Shown: positions 19,293 through 29,681, numbered from the stretch's first letter. The stretch: DNA of 64,000 bases from Vicinamibacterales bacterium (GCA_035279905.1 DATEGZ010000200.1:1-64000), one strand, 5' to 3'. Translations and numbers: made by a program. Notes: generated by a model from the sequence alone, not told the origin.

Positions 19293-19841
19293 ATGTTCAA
19301 GAGAGTTGGGTTCGCACTCATAGTCGCTGTTACGTTTGCCGGGATCGGTTCGGTTCGCGCGCAGAGCGGGAAGATCGAGTTCGCGGACGCCATGAAAGCC
19401 GTGCAGAAATGTCGCGTCGACGATCTGCGCGCGATGTTCACGGGCTCGCCGACCGGCGCGGTCGACGCGCAGACGGCCATGTCGTCGGCCAGCAACAAGA
19501 ACGTCGATCCGACCTACGTGAGGGACGCGGACGGGACGCCGCTGCTCATCGCCGCGGCCGCGACCGACTGTACCGAAGGCGTCCACGTGCTGCTCAACTC
19601 CGGCGCGGACATCACCTCGAAGGACAAGAACGGCCGCACCGCGCTCCACGCCGCGGCGGCCTCGTCCACCGAGTCGATGGTCAAGCTGCTCGTCGAGCGG
19701 AAGGCCGACGTCAACGCGAAGACGGCGAGCGGCGACACGCCGCTGTCGCTCGCGCAGACGAACACCTACAAGGGCAAGACCGATCAGCGCGACAAGATCG
19801 TGAAGTTCCTCACGAGCAAGGGCGCGAAGGACAAGTCGTAG
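19293..19841 (+). CDS. Secreted ankyrin-repeat protein
   Basis: Signal peptide. DGTPLLIAAAATDCTEGVHVLLNSGADI...NGRTALHAAAASSTESMVKLLVERKADVNAKTASGDTPLSLA matches the ankyrin consensus. Confidence 0.75.
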   Translation: MFKRVGFALIVAVTFAGIGSVRAQSGKIEFADAMKAVQKCRVDDLRAMFTGSPTGAVDAQTAMSSASNKNVDPTYVRDADGTPLLIAAAATDCTEGVHVLLNSGADITSKDKNGRTALHAAAASSTESMVKLLVERKADVNAKTASGDTPLSLAQTNTYKGKTDQRDKIVKFLTSKGAKDKS

Positions 19842-19856
19842 CGCCGGTCTCGCGTC

Positions 19857-21176
19857 CTACGTCCAGTCGGCGGCGTCCAGCCGCTGAATCGTGTCGAGCA
19901 GGACGTTGGCCCCGTTGACGATGTCCTGAGGCTTCGTGAACTCCTTCGGCGAGTGGCTGATGCCGCCGACGCTCGGCACGAAGATCATCCCGGCGGGCGC
20001 GATCTGCGCGACGTACTGCGCGTCGTGACCGGCGCCGCTCGGCAGCCGCGTGCTCGTGAGCCCGCGATCGAGGGCGGCGTTCTCGATGAGCGCCTGAACG
20101 CGCGGATCGGTCAGCGCCGGCACGCTGCGATGCGTCTCGGCGAACGAGATCGTCGTCTTGCTGGCCGTCGCGATGCGCTGCGCTTCTTCTCTTACGCGCT
20201 GGTATAGGCGTTCGATCTTGAGCGGATCGAGATCGCGCAGCTCGAGGCTGCACACGACGTTGCCGGGAATCACGTTGGGCGCGCCCGGCAGCGCCTGGAT
20301 GCGCCCGACGGTGCCGACCTGCCGCCCGGGCTCGCTCGTCACGACGCGGTTGACCATCTCGATGAAGCGCGCCGCCGCCAGCAGCGCGTCCTGCCGCTTG
20401 TCCATCGGTGTCGTCCCCGCGTGATTCGCGAAGCCTTCGACCGTCACGTCCCACCAGCCGATGCCGACAATGCCCAACACGACGCCGATGTCGATCTTCT
20501 TCTCCTCGAGCGTCCCGCCCTGCTCGATGTGCAACTCGACGTACGCGGCGATGTCGCCGCGCTTGCGCACGGCGGAGTCGAGCTTGTCGGGATCGCCGCC
20601 GATGAACGCGATGCCGTCGCGCGTCACCCTGCCGCTGCGCGCCGTGAGCGTGAGGGCCGCCGGTTCGAGCTGCCCCGCCATCGCGCGGCTGCCCACGGTG
20701 CCGCCTTCTTCGTTCTGAAACACGACGACTTCGATCGGATGCCGCAGCCGGATACTGCGCTCCGCGATCGTCTGCGCGACCTCGATCGCCGCGAGCGATC
20801 CGACGTCGCCGTCGTAGTTGCCGCCGTCGGGCACCGAGTCGATGTGCGATCCAAACAGCAACGGCATGCGCGACGGATCGGTGCCGGCGCGCCGGCCGAG
20901 AATGTTGCCCGCAGCATCGACGCGCACCTCGAGGCCTGCGGCGCGCATCAACCCCGTCACGTACTCGCGCCCCAGGCGATCCGCGGCGCTGTAGGCCAGG
21001 CGCGTCACGCCGCCGTACGGGTTTTTCCCGAAGGCGGACAGCTCGGCGAGATGAGTGTTGAGACGATCGCCGTTGACGCCCACCCGGGCCTGCCCCGCCA
21101 GCAGATCCCAACGTCCGTGCGTCCACGCCGCGCCCACGGCCCCGGCCAGCCCCCGCGCAAATTCCCGTCGAGTCAT
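19857..21176 (-). CDS. M20-family Zn-dependent amidohydrolase (allantoate amidohydrolase / N-carbamoyl-L-amino acid hydrolase type), Tat-secreted
   Basis: Tat-like N-terminus (MTRREFARGLAGAVGAAWT). GSHIDSVPDGGNYDG, FQNEEGG and HAGTTPM are typical of the AllC/AmaB-type M20 enzymes. Confidence 0.75.
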   Translation of the reverse strand: MTRREFARGLAGAVGAAWTHGRWDLLAGQARVGVNGDRLNTHLAELSAFGKNPYGGVTRLAYSAADRLGREYVTGLMRAAGLEVRVDAAGNILGRRAGTDPSRMPLLFGSHIDSVPDGGNYDGDVGSLAAIEVAQTIAERSIRLRHPIEVVVFQNEEGGTVGSRAMAGQLEPAALTLTARSGRVTRDGIAFIGGDPDKLDSAVRKRGDIAAYVELHIEQGGTLEEKKIDIGVVLGIVGIGWWDVTVEGFANHAGTTPMDKRQDALLAAARFIEMVNRVVTSEPGRQVGTVGRIQALPGAPNVIPGNVVCSLELRDLDPLKIERLYQRVREEAQRIATASKTTISFAETHRSVPALTDPRVQALIENAALDRGLTSTRLPSGAGHDAQYVAQIAPAGMIFVPSVGGISHSPKEFTKPQDIVNGANVLLDTIQRLDAADWT

Positions 21177-21235
21177 GCGGTGAGAGTAACGCAGTCGCCG
21201 CGGCGGCCGTGCCAGAATAGGCGGCCGCGGCCCAC

Positions 21236-22165
21236 ATGATTACCGTCTCCCAGCTCGGCAAGCGCTACGGCGATCTCATCGCGGTCAACGACGTCAGCTT
21301 CACGGCGAAGACCGGCGAAGTCTTCGGCCTGCTTGGACCCAACGGCGCCGGCAAGTCGACGACGATTGGGTGCATCTCGGGACTCCTGACGCCGACCTCG
21401 GGCCGCATCACCGTGCTCGGGCACGACGTCGTCACCGACAGCCGCGCGGCGCGGAGCGAGCTCGGCGTGGTGCCGCAGGATCTGGCGCTCTACGAGGATC
21501 TGTCCGCGCGCGAGAACCTCGCGTACTGGGGCGCGGCGTACGGCTTGAGCGGCGACCGGCTGAGGACGCGCGTGCTCGAGGTGCTCGAGCGGACCGGCCT
21601 GGGCGATCGCGCGCGCGAGCCCGTCAAGCGATTCAGCGGCGGCATGAAGCGCCGGCTGAACTTCGGCTGCGGCGTCGTGCACAAACCGAAGGTGCTGCTG
21701 CTCGACGAGCCGACAGTCGGTGTCGATCCGCAGAGTCGCGTCCGGCTGCTCGAGCTCGTGCGCGAGGAAGTCGCGGCGGGCACGTGCGTTCTCTACACGA
21801 CGCACTACATGGAAGAAGCGCAGGACCTCTGCACGCGCATCGCGATCATCGATCACGGCAAACTCCTCTCGATGGGCACGCTCGAGGAGCTGCGCAAGCT
21901 CATGGGCGAGAAGGACGTGCTGCGGCTGACGGGACGCTTCGATCCGCAGGCCACGCGGCGCGCGCTCGAACAAGCAGGCGGCATCGACGTCGTGTCGGCC
22001 GACGAGCGCACGCTGCGGCTTGCCGTCGAGGGCGCGACGCGGCGGCTTCCCGCGATCTTCAGCGCGATCGACGCCGCCGGCGGCGAGCTGCAGGAAACGT
22101 CGCTCAGTCAACCGAGTCTCGAAAGTTTGTTCATCAAGCTCACCGGCCGGGAGCTGCGGGAGTAG
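21236..22165 (+). CDS. ABC transporter ATP-binding protein (ABC-2 type)
   Basis: Walker A GPNGAGKST. Signature LSGGMKRRL. Walker B LLLDEPT. Confidence 0.9.
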   Translation: MITVSQLGKRYGDLIAVNDVSFTAKTGEVFGLLGPNGAGKSTTIGCISGLLTPTSGRITVLGHDVVTDSRAARSELGVVPQDLALYEDLSARENLAYWGAAYGLSGDRLRTRVLEVLERTGLGDRAREPVKRFSGGMKRRLNFGCGVVHKPKVLLLDEPTVGVDPQSRVRLLELVREEVAAGTCVLYTTHYMEEAQDLCTRIAIIDHGKLLSMGTLEELRKLMGEKDVLRLTGRFDPQATRRALEQAGGIDVVSADERTLRLAVEGATRRLPAIFSAIDAAGGELQETSLSQPSLESLFIKLTGRELRE

Positions 22166-22167
22166 CC

Positions 22168-23400
22168 GTGCGCTTCGTGCTCACGTCCGCGATCAAGGAC
22201 TTGCGTCGGCGCGTGACCGATCCCGCGGCGCTGCTGATGTGGCTCGGCCTGCCGATCGTGATCGGCGGCTTGATGAGCCTCATCAATGGCGGCAACGGCC
22301 CCGTCCCCAAGGCCCATCTCATGGTCGTCGACGAGGATCAGTCGCTCGTGAGCCAGCTGATGATCGGCGGCAGCCGGCAGGGCCGGCTCGCCGAGTTCCT
22401 CGACGTCGAGCTGGTCACCGCGGATGTTGGCCGCGCCAGAATCGACAAGGGCGACGGCACCGCGCTCCTCACGATCCCGAAAGGCTTTCAGGACAGCGTC
22501 CTGCGCGAGCAGCCGGCGACGCTCGCGCTCGTGAAGAATCCCGCCGAGCGCATCCTGCCCGTCATCATCGAAGAAGGCTTGAAGATGCTCGTCGAAGCCG
22601 TCTTCTACGTGCAGCGGATCTTTGGCGTGCAGCTGCGCGAGATCGCGGATTCGATCGGCAGCGGCACTCGGCCGTCCAGCGAGGGCATCGCCGCGGTGAG
22701 CCGCGCATTCAACGATCGCCTGCGTACGGTGGAAGCGACGCTATTCCCGCCGGTGCTCGCGCTCGAGGCTAGGAAGGCGCCGCAGGAACCACAACTGAAC
22801 TTCTGGGCGCTGTTCTTCCCCGGCCTGCTGTTCATGTCGCTGATGTTCACCGCGCAGGGCATGAGCATCGACATCTGGATCGAGAAGACCGGCGGTACCT
22901 TGCGTCGCGTGCTGTCGACGCCGCAGCGCGTGGCGGCGTTCCTGCTGGGCAAGCTCGCCGCGAGCGTCGTGATCATGGTGCTCGCGGTGATCGTCGCGCT
23001 CGTGCTGGGCGTGACGATGTTCGACGTGCCGATCGCTCGCGCGCCGGCGGCGCTCATCTGGGCCGCCTACGCGGGCGGCGCGCTCTTCTCGTTTCTCGTC
23101 CTCATCCAGGTGTTCGCCTCGAGCACGCGCGGCGGGCAGTTCCTGTCATCGATGATCGTATTTCCGCTGATCATGATCGGCGGATCGTTCTTCCCGTTCG
23201 AGGTCATGCCGGCGTGGATGGCGCGTATCGGCCGCTGGACGCCGAACGGCCTCGGCGTCGCGAACATGAAGGAGATCCTGTTCGGCCATCCCGATCCGGC
23301 GGCGCTGGCCATTGCGGCGATCGCGATCGGCGCGCCGGCCGCGCTCGCCTTGTGGATCGCCGCGCGCCGTCTCCGCGGCGCCTTTGCGGTGAACGGATGA
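22168..23400 (+). CDS. ABC-2 family transporter permease
   Basis: GTG start 3 nt after the stop of the ATPase gene. Six transmembrane helices with a large first periplasmic loop. Confidence 0.7.
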   Translation: MRFVLTSAIKDLRRRVTDPAALLMWLGLPIVIGGLMSLINGGNGPVPKAHLMVVDEDQSLVSQLMIGGSRQGRLAEFLDVELVTADVGRARIDKGDGTALLTIPKGFQDSVLREQPATLALVKNPAERILPVIIEEGLKMLVEAVFYVQRIFGVQLREIADSIGSGTRPSSEGIAAVSRAFNDRLRTVEATLFPPVLALEARKAPQEPQLNFWALFFPGLLFMSLMFTAQGMSIDIWIEKTGGTLRRVLSTPQRVAAFLLGKLAASVVIMVLAVIVALVLGVTMFDVPIARAPAALIWAAYAGGALFSFLVLIQVFASSTRGGQFLSSMIVFPLIMIGGSFFPFEVMPAWMARIGRWTPNGLGVANMKEILFGHPDPAALAIAAIAIGAPAALALWIAARRLRGAFAVNG

Positions 23401-24560
23401 GCCTGCTCCGCGGCGCCTGGTTCGTCGCCACGAAGGACGTCGCGTACCTCATGCGACGCCGCGAGACGATCCTCTGGACGTTCCTGATGCCGATCGTGTT
23501 CTTTTACTTCATCGGCACCGTCACCGGCGGCTTTGGCCCGACGGGCGACCGGCGCACGCCGCTGGCCGTGCGCGGCGGCGCGAACGGCGGGTTTCTCCTC
23601 GACGAGTTCATGCGCCGGCTCGACGCCCAGCAGTACGACGTCGTCCGGCCCGCCACCGATGAGGCGTTCGCGAAGATCGCGCGCCGTCTCACGATTCCCG
23701 ATCCGCCCGCGCCGCACGCGACGTTCACCGCCGCGGCGCTGGCCGGACAGCAGCAGACCCTGACCTTCGAGCACAGCAGCGACCCGCTCGGCGGCGACTA
23801 CGATCAGGTCCGCATCGCGCGCGCGCTGTACGAAGTGGTGGCTGACCTGGCCGTCGTGAGGATGAATGGCCAGACCGCGGACGCTGCTTCGTTCGCTGCG
23901 CTCGCGGCCATGCCGCGGAGCCTCTCGCTCTCGGTGACCTCGGCCGGCAAGCGCGCCTTGCCGCCGCTCGGCTTCGAACAGGCGGTGCCGGGCACGATGG
24001 TCATGTTCACGATGCTCGTGCTGCTCACGAGCGGCGCCGTCACGCTCGTCGTCGAACGCGAGCAGGGCCTGTTGAAGCGCCTGGCCTCGACGCCGATTTC
24101 GCGCGCATCGGTGGTGCTCGGCAAGTGGGGCGCACGCATGGCGCTCGGCCTGGTGCAGATCGTGTTTGCGATGATCGCCGGCACCGTGCTGTTCAAGATG
24201 AACTGGGGATCGGCGCTGCCGATGGTGCTCGTCGTCATGACCGGGTGGGCCGCGTTTGCCGCGGGGCTCGCGATCGTGGTCGCGAGCGTGACGCGCACCA
24301 CGGCGCAGACGACCGGACTCGGCGTTCTGTCCACGCAAGTGCTCGCCGCGCTGGGCGGGTGCTGGTGGCCGATCGAAATCACGCCGCCGTGGATGCAGAA
24401 GCTGTCGCTGGCGATACCGACCGGATGGACGATGGGCGCGCTGCACAAGCTGGTGAGCTTCGGCGACCCGGCGCGAGTCGCCGTGCCTCACGTCGTCGCG
24501 CTCGCGGCCGGCGCGCTGGTGCTTGGCTGGATCGGCACGCGTGTGTTCAAGTATCAGTGA
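23397..24560 (+). CDS. ABC-2 family transporter permease (second subunit)
   Basis: ATG at 23397 overlaps the upstream TGA stop. Polytopic membrane protein paralogous to the preceding permease. Confidence 0.7.
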   Translation: MSLLRGAWFVATKDVAYLMRRRETILWTFLMPIVFFYFIGTVTGGFGPTGDRRTPLAVRGGANGGFLLDEFMRRLDAQQYDVVRPATDEAFAKIARRLTIPDPPAPHATFTAAALAGQQQTLTFEHSSDPLGGDYDQVRIARALYEVVADLAVVRMNGQTADAASFAALAAMPRSLSLSVTSAGKRALPPLGFEQAVPGTMVMFTMLVLLTSGAVTLVVEREQGLLKRLASTPISRASVVLGKWGARMALGLVQIVFAMIAGTVLFKMNWGSALPMVLVVMTGWAAFAAGLAIVVASVTRTTAQTTGLGVLSTQVLAALGGCWWPIEITPPWMQKLSLAIPTGWTMGALHKLVSFGDPARVAVPHVVALAAGALVLGWIGTRVFKYQ

Positions 24561-24561
24561 C

Positions 24562-25509
24562 GTGACCGACCACGACTTCAAGACCTTCGCTGCCTCCGGA
24601 CCCGCTTTTCGCACACTCGAAGCTCTCGGGCCGATCGACTGGGATTTGTGGCGCACGGCCGCCGAGAGGCTCGGGCAGGACCTCGCCGGCGCGGCCGATC
24701 TGCCCCGCCGCATCCATCACCTGTACGTGCCGGTGTTGCTGTTCGCGGTCGCGCAGGCGCGCTCGTCGGCCCGGCGTCCGGTGTTCGTCGGCATGCAGGC
24801 GCCGCAAGGCGGCGGCAAGACGACGCTCGTGTCGCACGTCCTGGCGCTGCTGTCCGAAGCCGGACTGCGCGGCACCGGCGTGTCGATCGACGACTTCTAT
24901 CTGACCCGGCAGGAGCAGCTCGCGCTGGCCGAGGCGCACCCGGGCAATCCGTACCTCGAGCATCGCGGCTATCCCGGCACGCATGACATCGAGCTGGGCG
25001 TCTCCACGCTCACCGCGCTTGCGGGACTCGGGCCGGACGCGACCGAGCGCGTCGCGCACGTGCCCGTCTACGACAAGTCCGCGCACGGCGGCCGCGGCGA
25101 TCGCGCGCCCGACGCGCAATGGCGCAACGTCGCGAGCCCGCTCGATCTCGTCTTCGTCGAGGGCTGGATGTTCGGGTTCTCGCCCGTCGCCGAGTCCACG
25201 ATCGACGACGCGTACTTCAAGGAGCCGAACCGGGTGCTCTCGCGCTACGCGGAGTGGTATCGGTTTCTCGATGCGTTCGTGGCGCTGCGCGCGGTGGATC
25301 CGAACTTCGTCGTGAAGTGGCGCATCGAAGCCGAAGAGCGGATGGCGGCGCAGGGCAAGCCGGCGCTCAGCCGCGCGGCCATCGAGGACTACGTGCGCCG
25401 GTTTCTGCCGGCCTACGCTCGCTACGCCGGCGGCGTGCCCGCCAACGTGCCCGCCGACCGCCGGCTCGTCATCGGCCTCGACGAGCTGCGGCGGCCGGTA
25501 GCGTGGTGA
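24562..25509 (+). CDS. D-glycerate 3-kinase, plant/cyanobacterial GLYK type (P-loop kinase)
   Basis: QAPQGGGKTTL P-loop. SIDDFYLT. PVYDKSAHGGRGDRAPD and EGWMFGF match conserved GLYK blocks. The start is uncertain (GTG 24562 or TTG 24523). Confidence 0.7.
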   Translation: MTDHDFKTFAASGPAFRTLEALGPIDWDLWRTAAERLGQDLAGAADLPRRIHHLYVPVLLFAVAQARSSARRPVFVGMQAPQGGGKTTLVSHVLALLSEAGLRGTGVSIDDFYLTRQEQLALAEAHPGNPYLEHRGYPGTHDIELGVSTLTALAGLGPDATERVAHVPVYDKSAHGGRGDRAPDAQWRNVASPLDLVFVEGWMFGFSPVAESTIDDAYFKEPNRVLSRYAEWYRFLDAFVALRAVDPNFVVKWRIEAEERMAAQGKPALSRAAIEDYVRRFLPAYARYAGGVPANVPADRRLVIGLDELRRPVAW

Positions 25510-25553
25510 CGGGCGGGCGCCACGAGACGCCCGCCCGCCTGCCTGTTTCTCAC
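25510..25553. terminator. GC-rich hairpin between convergent genes
   Basis: GACGGGCGGGCG-CCACGAGA-CGCCCGCCCGCC. Confidence 0.5.
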
Positions 25554-27344
25554 TTACCGCGCACCCGCGTCGCCGTTCTTCTCCGACGCGAGAATGCGCG
25601 CGACCATCGCCGTCGCGATGCCGCCGGCGCCGTCGCCGCTGACCGCGACATCGGGCACCAGCTTCACGTGGTTCTCGCCGAGGATCGACGCGAGCTGCAT
25701 CGCCGTGTAGCCGTTCGCCCCGACCGCCTCGATGCCCTGACGATACGCGTCGGCCTTCGCCGATCCGACCGCGCGAATCGACGCGGCCTCGCCTTCGCCG
25801 GTGAGCCGCGCGGCGGCGCCCTGCGCTTCCGCCCGAAGGCGCGTCGCGTTGGCTTCGCCCTTCGCGGACTCGGCCACCGCCACCGCGTTCTGCTGCGCGA
25901 TGCGGACCATCTGCTCCGAGCGCACGACGTCGTTCTGCAGATTCGCCACGGCGGTCTCGCGCTCGAGCGCCTGGCGCTTCACCTGCGCCTCGCGCTGCGC
26001 GTCGTACGTCCGCTCGAGCTCGGCCGCGATCTTGCGGTCCGTCTGCGTCTTCATCAGGTCCTGCGGCGGAACGATGTCGCCGATGAGCGTGTCGATACAC
26101 TCGACGTCATACGCCTCGATCGCCTTGCGGATGTTCTCGAACGCCTCCTTCTGACGGTCCGAGCGCGCCGACAGGAACTCGAGCACCGTGACCTGCTGCG
26201 CGGAGTTCCTGAAGTAGTTGCCCACCGTCGGCTGCAGCACGTGATCCACCAGGTTCTGCATCGAGCCCACGCGTGAGATCACCCGCGGCGCGTTCTTCAT
26301 GCCGATGTGGATGATCTGCGCGACGTCGAGACTGAACGAGAACCCGTCCTTCGACCGCACGAGGATCGACGACAACCGCTCGTCGTACTGGTGCGCCTCC
26401 GTCCGGTTCGCCCAGTTCAGCACGATGTTCGTCGTCGGCACGAGCTCGACCTTCATCACCCGCGTGTTGATCGGGTGCTTGCCCGGCAGCAGGGGCTCGA
26501 CCCACACGCCCTTGCGGCCGCGCTCGACGAGGTCGCCGTGACGGAAGCCTTCGCCCGAGACGTCGAGGTGTTCCTTGCCCACGTAGCTCACGACGACGCC
26601 GACGTAGCCGATCGGGATTTCCGTCAGCGCGACCGGCTCCACGCGCACGAGCCACGGGTTCAGGTTCCACGAGCCAGACAGCAGCACCTCCTCCTGCAAG
26701 CCGCGGCAGCCGAGCGCGTCGATGAACGTCTGGCCGCGCTGGAAGCTGTCGTGACCCGTCACCACCGGTCCCGCCAGATCGCCCGCCGGAATCGGCCGGC
26801 CGTCGAGCATCGTGACGATGCCGACGCGATCGGGCGAGACCTCGTAGACGTGCAGATCGTCCGGCGCCATGTCGACGCGCGACGCGTTCGCCGGCGTGAC
26901 GACCTCGAACAGCGCCGGGTTGATGCGATACGTGCCCGCGGTCAGAAACGCGATCTGGCGGCCGCGCTCGCCGTGGTTGCGCAGGAACGCCTCCGCGTCC
27001 TGGTAGTTGTCGCACGCGACGGCGCGTCCGAGCACGCGCTCGGCGGGAATCGCCTCACCGTCCGCGGCCATGACCAGCGCGATCTCACCGGGCCGCACGA
27101 TCGTCACCGGCACCTTGATCACCTTGAACTGCCAGCGCCAGAGCGGGAAGTGCCAGCCCGGCGCCAGCAGGCGCGCTTGATACCCCGCTTCGCCGTTGAG
27201 CGCGATGATCCGGCCCGACGGCAGCGGCGGTCCGAAGCGTTTCACCACCAGCCCGGCCTGCGTCTCGCGAATCGACCACAGGCCCAACCACGTCACCAAG
27301 CTCGCCACACCCACGACGGCGAGCGCCCACCCAAACATCGTCAT
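25554..27344 (-). CDS. Flotillin / SPFH (band-7) family membrane protein
   Basis: N-terminal transmembrane helix (MTMFGWALAVVGVASLVTWLGLW). SPFH domain. A long C-terminal coiled-coil that is Ala/Glu/Gln-rich, like YqiK/FloA. Confidence 0.75.
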   Translation of the reverse strand: MTMFGWALAVVGVASLVTWLGLWSIRETQAGLVVKRFGPPLPSGRIIALNGEAGYQARLLAPGWHFPLWRWQFKVIKVPVTIVRPGEIALVMAADGEAIPAERVLGRAVACDNYQDAEAFLRNHGERGRQIAFLTAGTYRINPALFEVVTPANASRVDMAPDDLHVYEVSPDRVGIVTMLDGRPIPAGDLAGPVVTGHDSFQRGQTFIDALGCRGLQEEVLLSGSWNLNPWLVRVEPVALTEIPIGYVGVVVSYVGKEHLDVSGEGFRHGDLVERGRKGVWVEPLLPGKHPINTRVMKVELVPTTNIVLNWANRTEAHQYDERLSSILVRSKDGFSFSLDVAQIIHIGMKNAPRVISRVGSMQNLVDHVLQPTVGNYFRNSAQQVTVLEFLSARSDRQKEAFENIRKAIEAYDVECIDTLIGDIVPPQDLMKTQTDRKIAAELERTYDAQREAQVKRQALERETAVANLQNDVVRSEQMVRIAQQNAVAVAESAKGEANATRLRAEAQGAAARLTGEGEAASIRAVGSAKADAYRQGIEAVGANGYTAMQLASILGENHVKLVPDVAVSGDGAGGIATAMVARILASEKNGDAGAR

Positions 27345-27472
27345 GTCCGCCTCCGCGGGCAGAAGGTGCATAGGGCGAGCCGGGCCCGGCCCGCGGAATT
27401 TGGCCGGTTTTCGCGCGCCGGCCTGCCAGATCGTTATTCAATTCATGTCATGACAGTGATTAAATAACGTCC

Positions 27473-28831
27473 ATGACCCTCGTCGAATGGCACGGCTCGG
27501 CGGCCCCGCCGGCGGTTCTGTCGGCGCTCCGGGCGGCGGGATTCGAGACCGCGCGGCCGGGCGACGCGCGGCCGATTGCCGTCGTGCACTGCACCACGAC
27601 CGGCAAGCGGCTGCCCTCACCCGGGCCGGGCGCCGGCGACTGGATCTGGCTGTGTCAGGCGGCGCCGGACGATGGCCAGCGCATGGAGGCGATCGCCCGC
27701 GGGGCGTACGACGTGATCTCGCTGCAGGATCCGCGGGCCGCCGAGGATCTGGTCGCGCGTCTTGGCGAGCTGGCCGTGCCCCTGCCGGTTGCACCGCGCG
27801 AGTCCACGCTCGCGCTCAAGAGCGCGGCCGCGCGGCGCGTCGTCGAGCAGGTGGCGCGCGTGGCGCCGACGTCGATGCCGGTGCTCTTCACGGGCGAGAC
27901 GGGCACGGGCAAGGAAGTGATGGCGCGGCTGACGCACGCCTGGTCGCCGCGCCACGCGAAGCCGTTCGTGCCGATCAACTGCGCGGCGATTCCCAACGAG
28001 CTCATGGAAGCGGAGCTGTTCGGCTACGCGCGCGGCGCGTTTTCCGGCGCCGTGCAGCGCTACGACGGGCAGTTGATGGCCGCCGAAGGCGGCACCGTGC
28101 TGCTCGACGAGATCGACGACACCCCGCTCGAAACGCAGACGAAGCTGCTCCGGGTGCTCGACGATCGCGTGGTGAGCCGGCTTGGCGAGAACATCTGGCA
28201 CGAGGTCGACTTCCGGCTGCTCGCGGCGACCAACTGCGATCTCGGGCCGCTCATCGAAGACGGCCGCTTCGGCGCGGATCTCTACGAGCGGCTCGCGATC
28301 GTCACGGTGCACCTCGCGCCGCTGCGCGAGCGGCTCGAGGATCTGCCGGATCTGGCCGCGCACTTCGTGCAGCGCTTCACGCGCGAGCACGGCCGCGCGG
28401 CCGGCACCGAGATTCGCGCCGACGCTCTGCGCGCGCTCGCGGCGTATCCGTGGCCGGGCAACATCCGCGAGCTTCGCAACGTGGTCTACGAAACGCTCGT
28501 GTACAAGCGCGCCGGGCACGTGGTCCTGCCGTCGGATCTACCCAGGCGCGTCCTCGCTGGCGGCGCGCGGCGGGGCCCGGCGCCCGCGGCGGATCGATCG
28601 GCGGTCGCGCGGAAAATCGCGGGTGGGACGATGAATCTTCAGCGCGAGATCGCCTCGCTCGAGCGCATGGCCATCGAGGAGGCGCTCGCGCGCACGGGCG
28701 GCAACGCGGCGCAGGCGGCACATCTGCTCGGCAGCGTCGGGCGGGGGATGGCGCGCGACCCCGGCGGCACCCTCCGGGCGATGATGCGGCGGCTCTCCCG
28801 AGGCGATCGCCGCGTCCTCAAACGGCAGTGA
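27473..28831 (+). CDS. Sigma-54-dependent transcriptional activator (bacterial enhancer-binding protein)
   Basis: AAA+ sigma-54 interaction domain with [14 protein letters not shown] and EAELFGY. C-terminal Fis-type HTH ([12 protein letters not shown]). The N-terminal domain lacks an obvious receiver aspartate. Confidence 0.85.
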   Translation: MTLVEWHGSAAPPAVLSALRAAGFETARPGDARPIAVVHCTTTGKRLPSPGPGAGDWIWLCQAAPDDGQRMEAIARGAYDVISLQDPRAAEDLVARLGELAVPLPVAPRESTLALKSAAARRVVEQVARVAPTSMPVLFTGETGTGKEVMARLTHAWSPRHAKPFVPINCAAIPNELMEAELFGYARGAFSGAVQRYDGQLMAAEGGTVLLDEIDDTPLETQTKLLRVLDDRVVSRLGENIWHEVDFRLLAATNCDLGPLIEDGRFGADLYERLAIVTVHLAPLRERLEDLPDLAAHFVQRFTREHGRAAGTEIRADALRALAAYPWPGNIRELRNVVYETLVYKRAGHVVLPSDLPRRVLAGGARRGPAPAADRSAVARKIAGGTMNLQREIASLERMAIEEALARTGGNAAQAAHLLGSVGRGMARDPGGTLRAMMRRLSRGDRRVLKRQ

Positions 28832-28847
28832 TACCTTAGGGGCCGCC

Positions 28848-29681
28848 ATGGACCACCGTCTGCGGCTCCCCCACCTGCTTGCTGTCAGCGCGGTCGCGGC
28901 CTGGACGCTCGGGTTCGCGCTTCAGGCCGAGCAAGCTGCCACGCCTCCGGCCAACGCGAAGATCTGGATCGGCCGCGCCGCGGAGATTGAGAACTTCCTC
29001 CGCACGACGCCCATCGTCAAGATGGACGACCTGTCGGTCGGCGTCACGCACCCGAAGAAGGCGACGCTGCCGCCGGGCGGCCCCGTGCCCTACCTGGCGT
29101 TCAAAGCGATTCCCCCGGCGCGGTACTCCGGGTTCTGGGAGAGCTACCTGTCGGAGATCGCCGCGTACGAGCTCGACAAGCTGCTGCAGCTCAACATGGT
29201 GCCGCCGACGGTCGAGCGGGAGTACAAGGGCGACAAGGGCGCGGCCGTCATGTGGGCGTCCCCGACGAAAAGCTTCAAGGAGCTCGGCGGGAAGGGCGCG
29301 CCGGAGGCACCGCCGATCTACGCCGCCGCGTGGGCGAAGCAAATCGCGCAGGCGAAGATGTTCGACAACCTCATCAACAATCTCGATCCGAATCTCGGGA
29401 ACTGGCTCGTCGATCCGTCGTGGAATCTCATCCTCATCGACCACACGCGCGCGTTCACGGGCGGCACGAAGATGATCCACGAGATGACGCACATCGATCC
29501 GGATCTCTGGGCGCGCATGCGCGCGCTCGACGAGCCGACGCTGCACGCGGCGCTCGGCAAGTGGCTCGTCCGCGGCGGGGAAAAGACGATCATCGAGCGC
29601 CGCGACAAAATGCAGCAGATCATCGACGCGCTGGTGAAGACGCGCGGCGCGGACAACGTCTTCATCCGCAGTCACGAATGA
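28848..29681 (+). CDS. Secreted hypothetical protein with a PI3/PI4-kinase-like motif pair
   Basis: Signal peptide. NLDPNLGNWLV and LILIDHTRAF resemble the PI4K-II catalytic loop (DRGNDNWLI) and its IDxG...F segment. Its stop overlaps the next start (ATGA). Confidence 0.45.
   Translation: MDHRLRLPHLLAVSAVAAWTLGFALQAEQAATPPANAKIWIGRAAEIENFLRTTPIVKMDDLSVGVTHPKKATLPPGGPVPYLAFKAIPPARYSGFWESYLSEIAAYELDKLLQLNMVPPTVEREYKGDKGAAVMWASPTKSFKELGGKGAPEAPPIYAAAWAKQIAQAKMFDNLINNLDPNLGNWLVDPSWNLILIDHTRAFTGGTKMIHEMTHIDPDLWARMRALDEPTLHAALGKWLVRGGEKTIIERRDKMQQIIDALVKTRGADNVFIRSHE

Noticed and set aside
21370-22167. The 5' part of the 676-aa ORF overlapping the ABC ATPase gene
   Set aside because: Off-frame of a canonical ABC ATPase. 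The permease begins at the GTG at 22168, directly after the ATPase stop.
27399-27412. TGGCCGGTTTTCGC as a sigma-54 promoter
   Set aside because: The -12 element is TCGC rather than TTGC, and the context is weak. Kept only as a low-interest note within finding 14.
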